From contig OX597826.1 in assembly GCA_951406725.2 (NCBI GenBank), positions 2,418,001 through 2,482,000 of the forward strand: DNA of 64,000 nt. The letters are read 5' to 3'. The translations under genes and the position numbers were made by a program. Source of the DNA: Octopus vulgaris. Lineage: Eukaryota. Numbering within the stretch: the first letter of the stretch is position 1; every line of letters begins with the position of its first letter. A model generated the notes under the pieces. That model ran no database searches, was not told the origin of the DNA, and saw nothing but the letters and a program-made list of their open reading frames with translations. Below, piece after piece: positions 39,506 to 53,988 of this stretch.

Positions 39506-40232
39506 TGTGAGGATAAAATTCTTTTCGAAAAAAGAATATTTTCTCGAAAAAAATTTTATCAATGGCCAGCATATTAGAAAATACCTTTAACGGTTAAATT
39601 TATAAATAATTCATAAATGAGGGCAAAGGAAAAAAAATTCTAATGCCAAGTATACCGAAAAATTGGACATATTGTCCATTAACCATATAATTTTTTCACA
39701 ATACGCACGCTGGAATTTTTTAGAAATTTCTGTCGACCTTTTTTCGAGTAGCGCGCGTATTGTGAAAAAATTATATGGTTAATGGACAATATGTCCAATT
39801 TTTCGGCATATCTGGCATTAGAATTTTTTTTCCTTTGCCTTCAGAAGAAGTAATATACTCTTTTTATACCGCTCAGAGATTTAAAATAGCTTATTTCCCT
39901 TTTTTCGAAACCAGTGACAGTTGTCGCTGGAAAAAGCATGTAGCATTTTGCGAGTGGAAGGAGTTTTCATCATTAGCTGATGATTAACAGACGCTGAGGA
40001 ATTCGATCCTTGTTGTATCACATAAAGCTAGAGACGGAAGCGATGACCTCCTCTCGCAAATACTAATCGGGCAAAGAATGTGTGTCGTTAACTAGCTGGA
40101 GGAGATGTCTTCCTGGAGCTATAAACATCAGTATCACTGTACTGCATAGGGCGCCACACTTAGTTGCCAGTTATATGCTATGATTCCGTATTGCTACTGT
40201 TTATATCCCGTTCAGAGATTTAATATCGCTAT
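39501..40232 (+). mobile_element. Largest member of the (TA)n-inserted fold-back family
   Basis: CCAGCATATTA terminus, about 94-bp arms 39618-39711/39750-39843, CAGAAGA..CGAAACC remnant, 3' block homologous to 3353-3565, TA runs on both sides. Confidence 0.75.
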
Positions 40233-40237
40233 ATATA

Positions 40238-40468
40238 GGGCGACGAGCTGGTAGAAACGTTAGCGCGCTGGGCGAAATGCATAGCGGTATTTCGTCTGCC
40301 GTTACGTTGTGAGTTCAAATTATGCCGAGGTCGACTTTGCCTTTCATCCTTCCGGAGTCGATAAATAAAGTGCCAGTTTCGCACAGGGGTCGATGTAATC
40401 GACTTAATCCCTTTTTCTGTCCTTGTTTGTTCCCTCTATGTTTAGTCCCTTGGGGGCAGTAAAGAAAT
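40238..40468 (+). mobile_element. SINE family C
   Basis: Homology to 32946-33178. Confidence 0.93.
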
Positions 40469-40489
40469 ATATATATATATATATATATG

Positions 40490-40686
40490 AGTCTTTTTCT
40501 CTCTGTAACAACAAGTGTTGCCTATGTACCCGTAAGTAAGCAGTTGAGCAAGGAGGACTGTCGGCATAAGTACCTGGCATCAAAGAATATATATATGGAG
40601 ATGCATTGGCTCGACTAAACTCCTTTGGCACAGTGCTCCAGCATAGCCGTTGCCTAATGACTGAAAAAAGAAACAGATAAAAGATA
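40490..40686 (+). mobile_element. SINE family A 3' part, degenerate
   Basis: GTGCTCCAGCATAGCCG..TAATGACTGAAA tail. Confidence 0.75.
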
Positions 40687-40790
40687 ATTCTGTAGCACAA
40701 GACATGATCAGAATTAGCAAAACTCATAACATTTGAAAGAATATCGTCATCTTGAATGAAACTTGGGACTGAGAAAATCGGCATTTATAT

Positions 40791-41014
40791 TACGAGGTTT
40801 GCTGAACAATTCTTGGCTTTACAGGTATCGCAAAATGCCTGGCTGGAGGACTAACCTTCGGAGTTCTTTTACAGGGCTTAGAAAAATTGAAGCAACGCTG
40901 CACTAAGTTTGTGAATCTGGGAGGGGAAAATGTTGAATAAAAAAAATCATAATTAACTGATACTTCTTTATTTTCTTTTACTGAAACCCAGGAAATTTTC
41001 ATGACTCCTTCGTG
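40791..41014 (+). mobile_element. Mariner-derived MITE (second family)
   Basis: TACGAGG..TGCTGAACAATTCTTGGCTT / AACCCAGGAAATTTTCATGACTCCTTCGTG degenerate TIRs; C-terminal remnant GLEKLKQRCTKFVNL..VE*. Confidence 0.75.
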
Positions 41015-41149
41015 TATACTGGACAATAGAAAACATGCTATATTGATAACTAAAATTATTCTGAAAGATCTGAATATATTACAAAACACTGCTTATAAAA
41101 TAACTTTTCACGTATTATGAAGGAATTCTTTGTTTACTTTCGTAAGTGA

Positions 41150-42000
41150 AATTGCAAATAGCCATAGGACAATAACCTCTTTAGAGCTTGTAGAATATAA
41201 TGATTTTATTTTGGGGGAGAAGCCAAATATTCACACTCTTCAATTCCTATAATAATGTAGAAATTGTAATGAATTCATTGAAGAAGTATCTGAATTGTGT
41301 GAAGCTATAAAAACCTAACTTACTGTTATGCGTAAATTTGTAGGAAATAATTTATTACTATGAAAATAAGTAAAATTCGACGACAGAATCTCGCGTCTAA
41401 TAGATTAAACAACGAATTAAATAGATTAGCAAATGTTAGCTTTACCATTCTTACATAAGAAAATATTAGTTATAAAATACTTATAGAAGCAACATAACTT
41501 TTGATTAAAGAAGACATCGGGAAAAGTCGCAAATATAAAACTAACAACAGCCAGTTGAAAACATTATAAAACTCAATATTAATGATTACAAACTGACCAC
41601 AAAATGCTACCAAGTCTAGCTAAAACACTGATAGACACATTAATCATCGAAGAAAATCGATAAGAGACATACGGAACAGTTTTAGTGATATTGACATTAC
41701 ATTAGCTTCATGTGCAGAAGACCTACTTCATAACATAAAAAAGAGATGAAGAGGACATAACATTCAAGTTAAAACAGTAAAATAAAATCTAAGTTGAAGA
41801 GTACCACTACCTTCAAAATATTGCTTACACAGGTACAATGATATAGAACATTTAAGATTACGAACGCAGCACTTCAATACACAATACAAGAAGAGAAAAC
41901 TATGTAGATATAACCTAGAAAGTTACCGTTGCTAAAACATCGATGCTATGCTATTTCAATATGGAGAATCTAAAGAAGATAACAACACGAACAAAACTCG
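41150..42000 (+). mobile_element. Very degenerate LINE RT-like remnant
   Basis: A-rich strand bias; FSDIDITLASCAEDL (FADD-like) and VEEYHYL fragments. Confidence 0.35.
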
Positions 42001-42263
42001 AAATTGGACGAAATAATTACAAACAATACGTTCAGAAAATTTCGCTGAAAATCGTCAAATTTGACTGAAAATCGACCGCCGTAAAATATAGGCTAAGTTC
42101 GTGTAAACTTCGAAATAAATAACATTAAACAAACAAAAAAAAACTAAAAAAAAAAACACATTGATTGCGAGAATATTTCCCTTTGATTTAGAAGCTAAGA
42201 CAAATGATAAATATATAAAAGACAGAAATTTATCAAAACAACTTCAAGGATTGAGCAATTGCA

Positions 42264-43200
42264 TTATTTTTCGTCATACTCTCCTTGCTTTTCTATGCAC
42301 CCCTCCCAACGGTCAACACGATTCCTTAAAATCTGTGTAACGAGTGTGCTAAGACGTATTTCTGAAGCGCAGAAGCGTAATCGTGAGGAGACCTGTCAAC
42401 GACTCCTCCACCGCTTCAGCGATAAAGATCAATGTTTTTTGGAGAGAATACGCCGAAGTCAGTTGCCAAAAATATGTTATTCTTGCACGAAAATTCCTGT
42501 TTACAAACTACAGGCGGCCACACCTTTGGAACAATTACATCAGAGAAGATTTTCGGTTGGTCGCACAACCATTTATGCAACATTTGTTGCACTTCTTAGT
42601 CCGTAGCAAATCGCGGACCTTGTACAAGGCGTTTAAGCTATCCAACGCGGTGGTACCCGGAAGCGGTAAGACCTGAACTGTATACAGGATGCTCCCACAG
42701 CTCAAAACCCAAATTCTCAATGATTTCGATGGTAGGCATGCATTGTCGTGCAATGATTCAGAGTATTCTCTTCAAAAACTTCAACTCTATCGCTGCAGCG
42801 GCTCTATTAAGATTTCACAGATACCTGCATGGCTCATAATTTTGCAGGTTTTTCGTGGATGATTTTGTTGGCAGAACCATGACTAACTTGCAGAAAACAT
42901 ACCACCTCAACGATGGTCACCAGTCGGTTTGCCATAACCATCATCCGAGCTTTCTGAATCTTCACGTGAGTGGTGGAGTTTGATGGGCGACTTGCTACTA
43001 CGTTATGTTTCACGCTTTCCCGTCCATCTTAACACTTCTATATCCAATCATGCACGCTTCTGCGCGAAAGAGCGCTAGCAGCATATTGCAATGGAAACCT
43101 GCGATAATCTTCAGTCACTAACACATCTTCAGACCAGAGAAATTTGATCACTAATATCTCTTCTTCGTTAGTGGAAATAGCCTGCTGAGCGGCCATGTTT
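42264..43200 (-). mobile_element. Degenerate mariner transposase with an inverted central segment
   Basis: N-terminus (-) VIKFLWSE..LSRRSVHDWI..GRESV..SRPS..SHGSANKIIH; centre (+) KICVTSVLRRISEAQK..FLERI and LFLHEN; C-terminus (-) DRWEGCIEKQGEYDEK*. Confidence 0.85.
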
Positions 43201-44046
43201 ATTGTGTAATATAAGAAAGAAACTCGACCGATGAAGGTATAACTACGGTTATGAACCACTAGTGCTGAAAACACAGCGGTTCAATTAAAATTTTGGTGGA
43301 AGTGAGGATAATTTATATATATGTACAGAGTGGATTTAATGTTATGTTCGACCTCAACCAAGAAGGGAAATCATTCTTGACGGCAACCGACGAGGAAGTA
43401 TGTATAAATATGTTAGAGACATTCAAATATCACTCTTCAGGAACACGATCTGGAAAAGCTTAAAGCATAATACTAAACATTTATTACAGAACCTCTATGT
43501 GATCGGTGAACGTCTCTCAAAATATTTCAAAGTACTGTTAGAAGATCCTGAAAAAAAATCAACTGCAATATTCTACGCAAAGATATACATTTTTGCTTTC
43601 TATATCAGTAATAAAATACTGAATTCCAAATCTATTGGATCAGCATATGTCTAAAAAAACAATCAAGAAATCAATAAAATTTTGGCATCAAAATGTCTGC
43701 TAAAATCCACGAAAGCCTGCACAAATACTTACTGCGATATGTGTAGAAGTAGATATGCGTGAAGGTGGCTTATGTACGAAGGAATCAATTACTAATTAAA
43801 AAAAACAAAACAAACTACAAAAAAACTGTGATGGAATGGGTTTAGTAAGTAATAGAATAAAACGAAAATAGCCAGAGCCCAATAAATCTTACGAGCAACG
43901 TGATTGAGATTCTAAATATAAGAACGTTTACCGAAGTTATATTAAAACAACAGTTTATGGCAAAGTGAAATAAAATATTAAGCGTAAAATGCATACATAC
44001 ATACATACATACATAAATTAGTATATATATATATATATATATATAT

Positions 44047-44398
44047 ATAATCAGTTCTGTCCGTCTGTGTGTGTGTCTTCTAGGATCTCGGGCATCCTCC
44101 ATTCGATTACGCTCAAATTTGATATGTAGATACCAACGGTATTAGGACGGGTATAAGTCTTGAAAAAATTGCAAAAATCGATTCCAGGTGAGAATGCCAT
44201 CGATAGAGTGAATAAAATGTTTTTTTTTGGGTGGGGGGGGATAGAAAAAAGTCTATCTTTATTTCTTCTTTTGCTGGTGTCTCAAATTTAGGTTAAATTA
44301 GTGTTTCTCAAAGGGACGGTCGGTCAAGTTGCTTTGATAAATTTAGTTTAAATGTTTGACAACTCAGCACCGTCCATTGGGAGGGGGGAGGTTGCTCG

Positions 44399-44400
<2 letters not shown>
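44047..44400 (+). mobile_element. Helitron-like non-autonomous element fragment
   Basis: TATAAT..TCTGTCCGTCTGTGTG..TTCGATT..CTCAAATTTG 5'-end pattern; no 3' CTAG found. Confidence 0.5.
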
Positions 44401-44443
<43 letters not shown>

Positions 44444-44679
44444 GTGTGTGTGTTTGTGTGTGACTCTGCTATTCCTGACTACTCCTGCATCTTCATTGCA
44501 CTTCTGAACGATATGCTATGACGTAAAAGTTGTTTAAAAAGAAGACATATTTAATATGGATGATTTGAGAACATGCGCAGTGCAATACCTTCCAACGTTT
44601 GCGTAACTGGAAGCTTGCCGTGAATAAATGCTTACTATTCGTTTACTAAAATTGTAAGCAAAAGAGTTTGGCTGCAGTC

Positions 44680-44712
<33 letters not shown>

Positions 44713-44716
<4 letters not shown>

Positions 44717-45015
44717 GAGGCACAATGGCTCAGTGGTTAAGGCAGCGGACTCGCGGTCGTAGGAACGCGGTTTCGATTCCCAGAACGGGCCTTGTGTCTG
44801 TTTATTGAGCGAAAACACCTAAAAGCTCCACGAGGTTCCAGCAGGTGGTGGTGGTGACCCCTGTTGTACGCTTTCGCCACAACTTTCTCTCACTCTCTTT
44901 TCCTGTTTCTTGAATAATGCTGCGATGGACTGGCGTCCCATCCAGCTGGGGGGAACACATACGCCACAGAAACCGGGAAACCGGGCTCATGAGCCTGGCT
45001 AGGTTTGAAAAGAGC
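44713..45015 (+). mobile_element. SINE family B (Meta-like tail)
   Basis: Homology to 32164-32424 and the 14313 head. Confidence 0.93.
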
Positions 45016-45084
45016 GACGTTTATCGTTTTATATATATATATGATTACACACACACACACACACTCACACACACACACACACGT

Positions 45085-45149
<65 letters not shown>

Positions 45150-45324
45150 ATTGGATGATAAATGAGAGCAATACAATAAAGAATATATACGAATAGCTGT
45201 AAAGCACAACTAACTACTTCCCCATAGAACTCTGGGTGCTGCTACCCTTCATTAAATATTCGTGCTAAAATGGATAAGAATGCGACATTAAGCAACAGAT
45301 TAAATCATTCAATTTTTCATGAGA

Positions 45325-46560
45325 TCATGAACAACAATATATGCACACAGATGTCTTATTGGGCAAAATGACATCGAAATAACTACTCCCGGAAAATGGC
45401 CTTTCTTTAAGGCCAGAAAATAGAAAATGATTAAACCCCACCAAAGAATAAATATAAATTAACAGAAAGCTCAGCTTTCTGTTGTGGGTTCCTGCTCCTG
45501 TTTGTAGACTTGTACTGCTGAACAACCTACAGATGTCATGGAACCACGTCCATATAAGAGCCAGGCAATTCTTTGAAACAAGTCCACGTATTAATATATT
45601 CTTAACAAGAATTTTGAAGAGAATTTGCCTCCATTTTCCATATTTGCCAGCACCTGAATGGCTTCTGCACAGTGGGGAGCCGACTAGTTTTGTGCCTTCT
45701 ACATTCAGGCTATCTGAAACACACATCTCTTCTTTTCTTGACGACCATATATTGTCAAACCCCTTAGTCGCTGGCACAAATCACCAAACGCGGTCTTCGT
45801 CTTCAAAGCGTGGAGTCTGACTTATTAACCAGTCCCACTTTTCATTGCTTCCGTCGACTTTTTAGTGTTGAAGAGAGACGTTAACTTTCGATATAAACTA
45901 GTTTCGAAAGAGGTCATATGAAGGCCATGGGCATATTCCCTTCATAAGAAATTATTCAGTAAAAGATATCCAATAAACATTGAAATATCAAGTAAAGAAT
46001 TATATTTTAGAATCAACATAACGCCGCTGGAAACATCAACAAATGCCATCGAAATGTTAGCGATGAAATACCAAAAGTTAGCGACATTTGAATGAAACCA
46101 AAATAGAACGATTGCATTGAAACTATTTACTAAAAGGTATACATCCCTGAGCAACATGAGATTCAAAATTAATGTCGGTAAGTGTTTCACTGGGTTCGTG
46201 TCATATATCATCATTCTTCGAAAATATTTATCTCTATATTGATTTCAGCAACCAAAATGTTCAGCCATTTCAGTGGATTTAGTGAAGGGGTGGATCTTTA
46301 TAACGCTTTTCCAGTCACCGACACCAATCTAATGTGGATGCATTCATTGGTGTCACTGTTTGTACTATTTTGTTCATGAGAATTTATTTAAGTACATCTT
46401 TGTTATCTATTGCATGAGCGGAAATGTTTGTATATTTATTTCTCATTTGTCTGAAAAGAATTTTGTGATGAGCTTCTTGAAAGTTCTTTTACGTTACCCT
46501 CCGACTTCGGTGGTGGTCCCTCTTCCTACTTCGTTTGAGATGACCTCGTTGTAAGGCATG
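45325..46560 (-). mobile_element. Highly degenerate non-LTR RT remnant (R4/Dong-like?)
   Basis: ILIRGLVSKNCLALIW..GAGTHNRKLSFLL resembles the GIFQGD..HLL region; weak. Confidence 0.35.
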
Positions 46561-47506
46561 TGGCGCCTGGACTTAAATGTGTTAACAGCATGCAAACTGT
46601 AAATTGTCTAAAGATTAACGATTACTTTATTGCTAGTATAATTATTAAGATGTTATGTTTTCGTTTTCTACCCCAAGCAACCCAAATCTCTCTTGAAATT
46701 AAAACTAAAATCAGAGCAACATAAAAAAAAAACAGTGTAAACGCTTATATATGAAATATATGTCAGGTCATTTCATGAAACGAAAAATGTACATTGAAAT
46801 TGTGTGAAAACGATATGCAGGTATGCTAAAAAGTACCTGTAAATATCAGTGTTTCAACAATGCTTCTCATTTTTGAAATCCAGAGAAGAAGATTACAGTA
46901 GAACTATCATGTTAGGTTTATTGTAACAACCGTCTAATTTTAACATCGACTGGAAGATGTTCGTTGAAAGTAGAGGATATAGACTTTGAGAAATATTTGC
47001 ATAATTCTCTAAACGGCTGCATTAAGGACAAAAGTAATTGAAGAGCGAATCATCTAACCTGTATATAAAAGACCTTCATTAAATGTTACCCCTTTTGTTA
47101 ATACCTGTTTATCCATCGGAAGATCATAACATCAATTAACTGAACGGATCAGTGTTTAGCTATATAACTGGAACAATCACACACTCTCACAAGCCATGTC
47201 TTCACATTTAACTGACTGAAAAACACTCAGGATCTCAGCATACAGTTCTACAAAATACCCTTAGAGATTTGCAAGCTTTGCTGTCTCAGTTTTATTTGTA
47301 GCAGAATGACTTAATATTTAACAACTTGACAGGAGAAATCACACCTTTCCGCTTCAGTCTGGTCATGGGCATTCGTAATCTTACGACGGTTACCGTAATA
47401 TAGCGTACTTTTATTTATATAAGTCTCCAGATACATGTTAGCTATATTCACCCACTCAGCTCTTCCTCAGGTGTTACTTTTATGAACTTCCTCTTTCTTA
47501 CTTGGA

Positions 47507-47611
<105 letters not shown>

Positions 47612-49208
47612 TGAAGAAGCCACTAGGGTGGACGCAAGCACTATTATATGATTTATAAAAACGTGACATATTAATAAAAGTCTGTAAATATAAAACCATC
47701 CAAATTTCGAGTACCTTATTTCTTCTAATATATAATACATGTACATCATCTCCAAACCTTCTATATATATATATATATATATATATACGCACTTATATTA
47801 CTTTATTATATGCATTGAGTACTCTACTATTGTTTGTAGAAACACATTAACTATGTGTGCGTGTGCATGAAAAAGTATATACACATCTGCATTTATAGCC
47901 ATATTCATATGTATGTACAGACACACACACACATTCTCACACGCTTGTATATGGAGTGCAGCTCCAGCATATCACTGTACGTCTAAAACGAGACTACCAC
48001 AGCATCATACTTAAAATACCTGGAGAGAAAATAACGCAGATCTAAAAGTAAGTTTGGATTCCAACAGAGTGCAAACAAACAAAAACAACAACAATAATAT
48101 TACTATTGAAACAACTAATGTGAAAATGAAACTACAAACATGGAGACGTAAACCAGGAACGCAGACTTATTGCAAACAGAAGAAATAAAATGAGTAAAGA
48201 AAAGAAAATATTAAAATCAATTCCGAACATGTGTAAAGAATATCGACCAAAAAATCTGAACCAGAATTATTCTAAGAAAAATACGAACACAATTGAATAT
48301 GAAAAAAAAAAAAGCTGTAAGCGAAGAAACTTGTAAAGTTGGAAATTTTAAATATGACAATAATATAAATGTAGAAATAGTTAAAGAATTTAAATCGCAA
48401 ACAAATATGAACAAAAAATATATATAGAAGAATGGAAATTCCTCCTAACTATAAAATCTATTGATAAAATATTAACAACGATAAGAAACGTAGGCTGGGC
48501 TGTTATAAACATGCTGAAAATAGAATCAGACATCAATGCCACCGGGGCAAATAAAATAATTCTCACAAATGAATGTTGTTTCCTTCTCAAAATTTCTCAC
48601 ATAACGATCTCTACATCCAAAAATATAAATGCGGAAAACTACAATGCGTATGAAGGTGATGAATAGAATGGATTATGTCTCATTATTTGATGGAATGGAA
48701 TCGAGGAGGAAGGAGGAGAAGTATTTAATATCAAGGAGTGCTTAAGACATCCTTTATAAATTGGAAAGAAGCTATCTTTAAGGTTACATAAGAGATTAGT
48801 AATTGTTATTCCATCTAATTCCATCATCTGTTTGCTATATAAAGAAATGGAAATACGATAATTAGACTGAATAGGAACTTAAAAAACAGTTTTGGTTCAA
48901 CGCTGTGAGACATCAAAACATATAAACAGAAGATAAAATAGCGAGAAAAGAAAACCAAGTATAAATGATTTAGACGCACATAAACCTTTATGCGAAAAAT
49001 AGCGTAAGAGATATCATCGGGAAATTAAATGATTTTAAAAAGAAAAATGCAAACAAAATGAAGGGGATTTATTAGCAAATAAAGGAAAATAACTTCATTT
49101 ACACTATGCCGATCACCAAAAGAGATATTTGTATGTAGCATGAATAGAAGGAATTATGAACTATTTGCAAATTTAGAAAATTGCTAGAATGTATCTAGTT
49201 TATTATTA

Positions 49209-49416
49209 TTGGGTTGTCTGGAAATTTCGTGTCGATTTATAGTAGCTTACCTTTCGACTTAATTGAGGCACCTCAATTCTGTGAAGAGGGTATTTTCAAG
49301 TTAAAGGAAACATTGTGCAACAAAATGGTTCATATTTTGTTGATTAAGAATGTAATGGCAAGTATTTATTGACCTCTTTCTTGTAAAAATCGGCACTAAC
49401 TTTCCGGACAGCCCAA
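49209..49416 (+). mobile_element. Mariner MITE, shorter derivative of 27054-27621
   Basis: Both TIRs, TA TSD, shared subterminal sequence. Confidence 0.93.
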
Positions 49417-50334
49417 TACAATATTCAAGCAAAAGAAGGGACATGTTTCCTAATACATATAAATTATGGGAAAAAATGAAAAAGAAATATAATGTTCGTG
49501 TGATATTTATCAACAAACAAAATCATAGATAAGTTAATATCTTCCGGTAGTAGTCGGGAAACACTAATAGAGGGAAAAATTCTAAACAAGTCTGTCACAT
49601 ATTCTGCGAAAATTTGGTATTAAAAATTCCTTTGTACGAAACAACAAAAATGTGTAATGTAATATTCTGCATTGTCTTAGAAACTCATGCGGCAAAGCTG
49701 AGTCAGAATTTCAAAATGTGGAATAAATTATTTCTTCGTGAGAAAAGAAAGAAAGAAGTTTTATGTTTCGGGCAGATCCCTCCGACAAAGGTGTGTTCTC
49801 AAAACAGATTTTTATTTTTCCTCGCGGGAAAATAATTTATTCCAAATTGTTAAGCTTTTTCATGCTAGATATTGAAAGAGATGTTTGCAAGTTTCTTCTT
49901 CCACCTACGTCAATTCAACAGAAGTGTTTGCGGTTGCAGCACAAGAAGAAAGCTTTCTCTCTAGAAAATAGTAAAAAATTGTAATAGAAGAATATAATAA
50001 AACTCAACGGCAGATTAATTACATCTTTCAAAGGAACAATAAATTATTCAGTCTGTGACTACCAAGCTTTGGAATGTAATTAGCCAAACCAGAATTAGAG
50101 GAGTCTGATTTCTTGCTAACAACTCAAGCATTATGATTACGATAAAAATAATCAAATTTTACAAACACTTATAAACACAAATGTCCAAATGAGAGCAGTA
50201 ACAATAATTTGACCACAATGGAAAGAGGGATAAGGTGTAAAAAAGAGGTTAATACCCAACACCAGGGTAAGGTTCAGACTCGTCAGTCCTAAAACATGTT
50301 CTTCTGTTTGTTTTTCTTAGGCAGACAAACCATC

Positions 50335-50516
50335 CATAGTCAGCTTGCAACGCTTGTGGCAGCTTCCACATATTACTCATGTTTGCTAGCTTGGCGGACT
50401 AGCGTAGAGAGATGAACTCTTTTGGTCAAGAACACAACGCATCGACCGTCCAGGAATCGAAACCGCAATCTTATGATCATGAGTCAAACACTCTAACCAC
50501 GAAGACGGTGTCTCAC
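50335..50516 (-). mobile_element. Degenerate SINE (family D-like)
   Basis: caagaacacaacgc..aggaatcgaaacc..ctctaaccac. Confidence 0.7.
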
Positions 50517-50639
50517 ATGAAAATCAAGACTGTCATAGCATCTAATTAAAATTTCAATTACAAATGTCTATATTACATCGCAGGAACGAATGCAAAAATT
50601 ATGTAAATACAAAACTAGAAAATAGAGAAATATATAACG

Positions 50640-51600
50640 TGAAGATTAAACCATTATCTCACCATCCAAATTAATCGGTGGTTTGGGAGAGATAAAAATT
50701 TGACCAACTCTTGTGATAAGCCATGAGTTTCTCTTGCTGATAACGCTGCATTCGTCGCCACGTCAATTTAATATGTTGAAACCATCATCGATCGCTTTTA
50801 GCTTGCGAGAAACATTTTCAGATCTAGCCGTCAGCACACATACACAAAACCTACTAAGTAGTGTACCTACTGATACCCAATTCTGAAGATATCAGGAGTG
50901 TCAAACAGAAGCAGGCTGCTTATAAATTATCACCTATACCAATCGAAATGTATGATCGAAACCTGAAGCATATGAGATCTTTCAGGACATGGAAAACACT
51001 ATGAACTCCCGAGCTTTCCAGATGCCACGGTTCACAATCGAATTACTAGAGCATAAGAATACTTTGCAAATATACGTCGTCGTTTTTATGGTGGCAGCGG
51101 GATTTCTTCACAACCAAAACCAGTGTCAGTCGGGTGGTTGTGCAGACCTTTTATCTTGTACAAACCAGAATGTTAGACCGAACATTGAACCGAGTCTAAT
51201 CAACTCGTAATCTTTCAGAAACATTGTCTTCGTTCGACTTGTAGATAACCCTTGTATAAAGAACAAAACCTTCAGTATCGATCTCATTCATTAATTGATA
51301 CATTGGGGCTACTGAAGCATTTCTTGTTCAATTACAACGTATATGAGCTGGTCATGAGAACAGAATCAGTGAAGACAGCACAAAGTTTATCTCGCTTCAT
51401 GGCTTAGAACAAAACGGAGACAATTCATGGCTATGTTCTAAGGAACAAACTGAACGCCGACAATATAGAATTTTCGTTATCGTTTACGTATCTACACAAA
51501 ATGTTGAGAACGGGAGACTAGCTATAGACAAAGCATAAAAAAGCATCGTAACAATTTGTGTAAATGATTTGTGATATTGAGGAAGAAACACAATATCTAA
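50640..51600 (+). mobile_element. Degenerate RTE-clade LINE 3' remnant
   Basis: EFL(F)ADNAAFVA..IIDRF; CLRS; EAFLVQLQRI*AGH..RI; RLAIDK. Confidence 0.75.
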
Positions 51601-51976
51601 AAGCGACACATCGAATTTTAGCCTAGTAATCAAAGTTCTTGCTGGTTTGGATTCCTACAAGAGACATAAACATACAAACAAAAATATTGCTTCCAAACAC
51701 GTCGAGGCCAAAGGAAAATTCCTTTAAACACATAACGTATAAATGCACAGAAATCAATGCGCAATAGTTGCTTATGATTTGTTCTCTCCGGTCTTCAATC
51801 CAGTAATAAACACTGGTAAAGGTTTGCAAATATACAAAAAAAAAGTTTGTTGGAGAATTTTAAGAAGTGTTGTAAGGAAACAAAGGGAGAAAGAATGAGT
51901 GAGAGTGAGAGAGAGTAAGACAGAGAGAGTATGTGTTTGTGTATGTGTGTGTGTATGAGTGTGTATGTGTGTGTGA

Positions 51977-52013
<37 letters not shown>

Positions 52014-52844
52014 ATAAATTGTTCAGTGAATTTGAAAGTCAAAAGATTAACACTTTAAAATATCTAACTAGAGAACAGGGACGCCACATTTTTGAATAAT
52101 GAAAAAACAATCAATTTGTGAGAAAAATATCCCATGTTCCTTCCTTATGAGATATTATATTCTGCGAAAATCATATAAGCTGAATATATATATTTCACTT
52201 TCTCTCGCTGCGCACAAAAGAAAATGGAAATTCTCAATATAAAAAGGCTATTATAAAATATATGAAATCATTACAAAATATACAAAATACTTATAATGTA
52301 TTTTGATGCTGTATATTCTCTTATGATACTATTTAAAAATATTATTATTGTTCGCAGTAAGAAATAATTATAAGAAAACAATGTTGAGAAAAATTGACTA
52401 TTTCTAACGTTTACAAATTTATTCTTCTGCAAAATAATTTTTCATAGAAAATACGAAATTTTAACCTATTAAAAATAATAAAGCGGTAACTAAGGAACCG
52501 TATATCGTCTAATGACGTTAAAATGTGTCGTGGTTACATAGGGAAGTAATCTCTCGGGTCATTTTACGTAACTACTATACAACGAATTGTTTAAAATATA
52601 TAAGTATTTTAAAATTTTGTTTACAAAACTAGAAATCATTTCAGACGGTCTATTACGAAGTTGCATTTTCAAAGCTTTTAATAAATCTAGTAATGCATAT
52701 CGAGCAAGGATCATCTAACGATGTTTACCGTTCGGTCAGGAAAATCGATTTCCAGTTTATATTTATATTTCTGGAAATTAACTGCTCATGAAAATTTTAA
52801 AAATTATGTCAATGGAATTTAATTCATATTGAAGTATATGTTTG

Positions 52845-53070
52845 TCTTTTATCTTTTATTTTTAACTCGTTACTAGATTGCTTGCGGCCTTGAATTTTAA
52901 TATTTTTAGTCGAATGAATCGATCCCAGTACTTCTTTATTTTTTTTTAAGGAGTGGTATTTATTCTATCAGCTTCTTTTTGTCGAAACGCTAATTTACGA
53001 CGACAAGAACACACCAAAACCGGCTGACAACGGGTGGTGATGGGAGAAACACAGCCACAAAGACACACAC

Positions 53071-53124
<54 letters not shown>

Positions 53125-53245
53125 CGGGCTTCTTTTTAGTTTCTGCCTACCAAATCCACTCAAAATTGTCCAAGGTGACACGCGATGGGACTGAAACCGG
53201 AACTATGTGGTTGCGACGCCAGGTTCTTACCACACAGCCATGCCC
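52845..53245 (-). mobile_element. SINE family A, diverged
   Basis: Reverse-complement homology to 1573-1987. Confidence 0.88.
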
Positions 53246-53749
53246 ATGCCATTTTCTTAAGAATACATTGAATGTGATATAAGTCCGTTCTAGATCATTT
53301 CGAAAGAGAGATACAACACCGACTTTCCAAATATTGACGGTCCGAAACATCTAACAATCCACATATATTCACACTCATATAAAGACACCTCCAACTCATT
53401 TAAATATTTAAGCAAATTTATTATTTCTTTAAATTAGGTTCTGCTGACAAACGTAAACATCTGCTGTTCAGGGGAAAAAATCGTTAAAACTGAAAGGCTT
53501 TGAAACAAAAGGTTCCGAAAAATCGATATTCTAATATTATTGGTGAAGTGGTAAGTGCAATTAAGTTGTACTATACCATCCGAGCACGAGGAATGGCAAT
53601 AGAGCACATTAGTGCATTGAAATTTTTGCATACCATTTGAGCGCGGGAAATGGCAAAATTATAGTGTAACACTGAGGTGCATAATAATTTAAAGTAGGAA
53701 ATTGTTTTTTTTTAATTATGTATTCCCCTGAGATGAACAATTTTTATAT

Positions 53750-53957
53750 TATTTCTTTTCTACTCTAGGCACAAGGCCCAAAAGTTTTGAGAGGGACAGT
53801 CGGTTAGATCAACCCAAGTACGCATCTGGTTCTTAATTTATCGACCCCAAATGGATGAAAGGCAAAGACGACCTTGCTAGAATTTGAACGCAAAGACCGA
53901 AGAAATGCCGCCAAGCATTTCGCCCGGCGTGCTAACGTTTCTGCCAGCTCGCCGCCT
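53750..53957 (-). mobile_element. SINE family C
   Basis: Homology to 34369-34582; TSD aatttt(t/g)atatta. Confidence 0.92.
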
Positions 53958-53988
53958 TAAAATTTTGATATTAGGTTAGTCTAATAGA

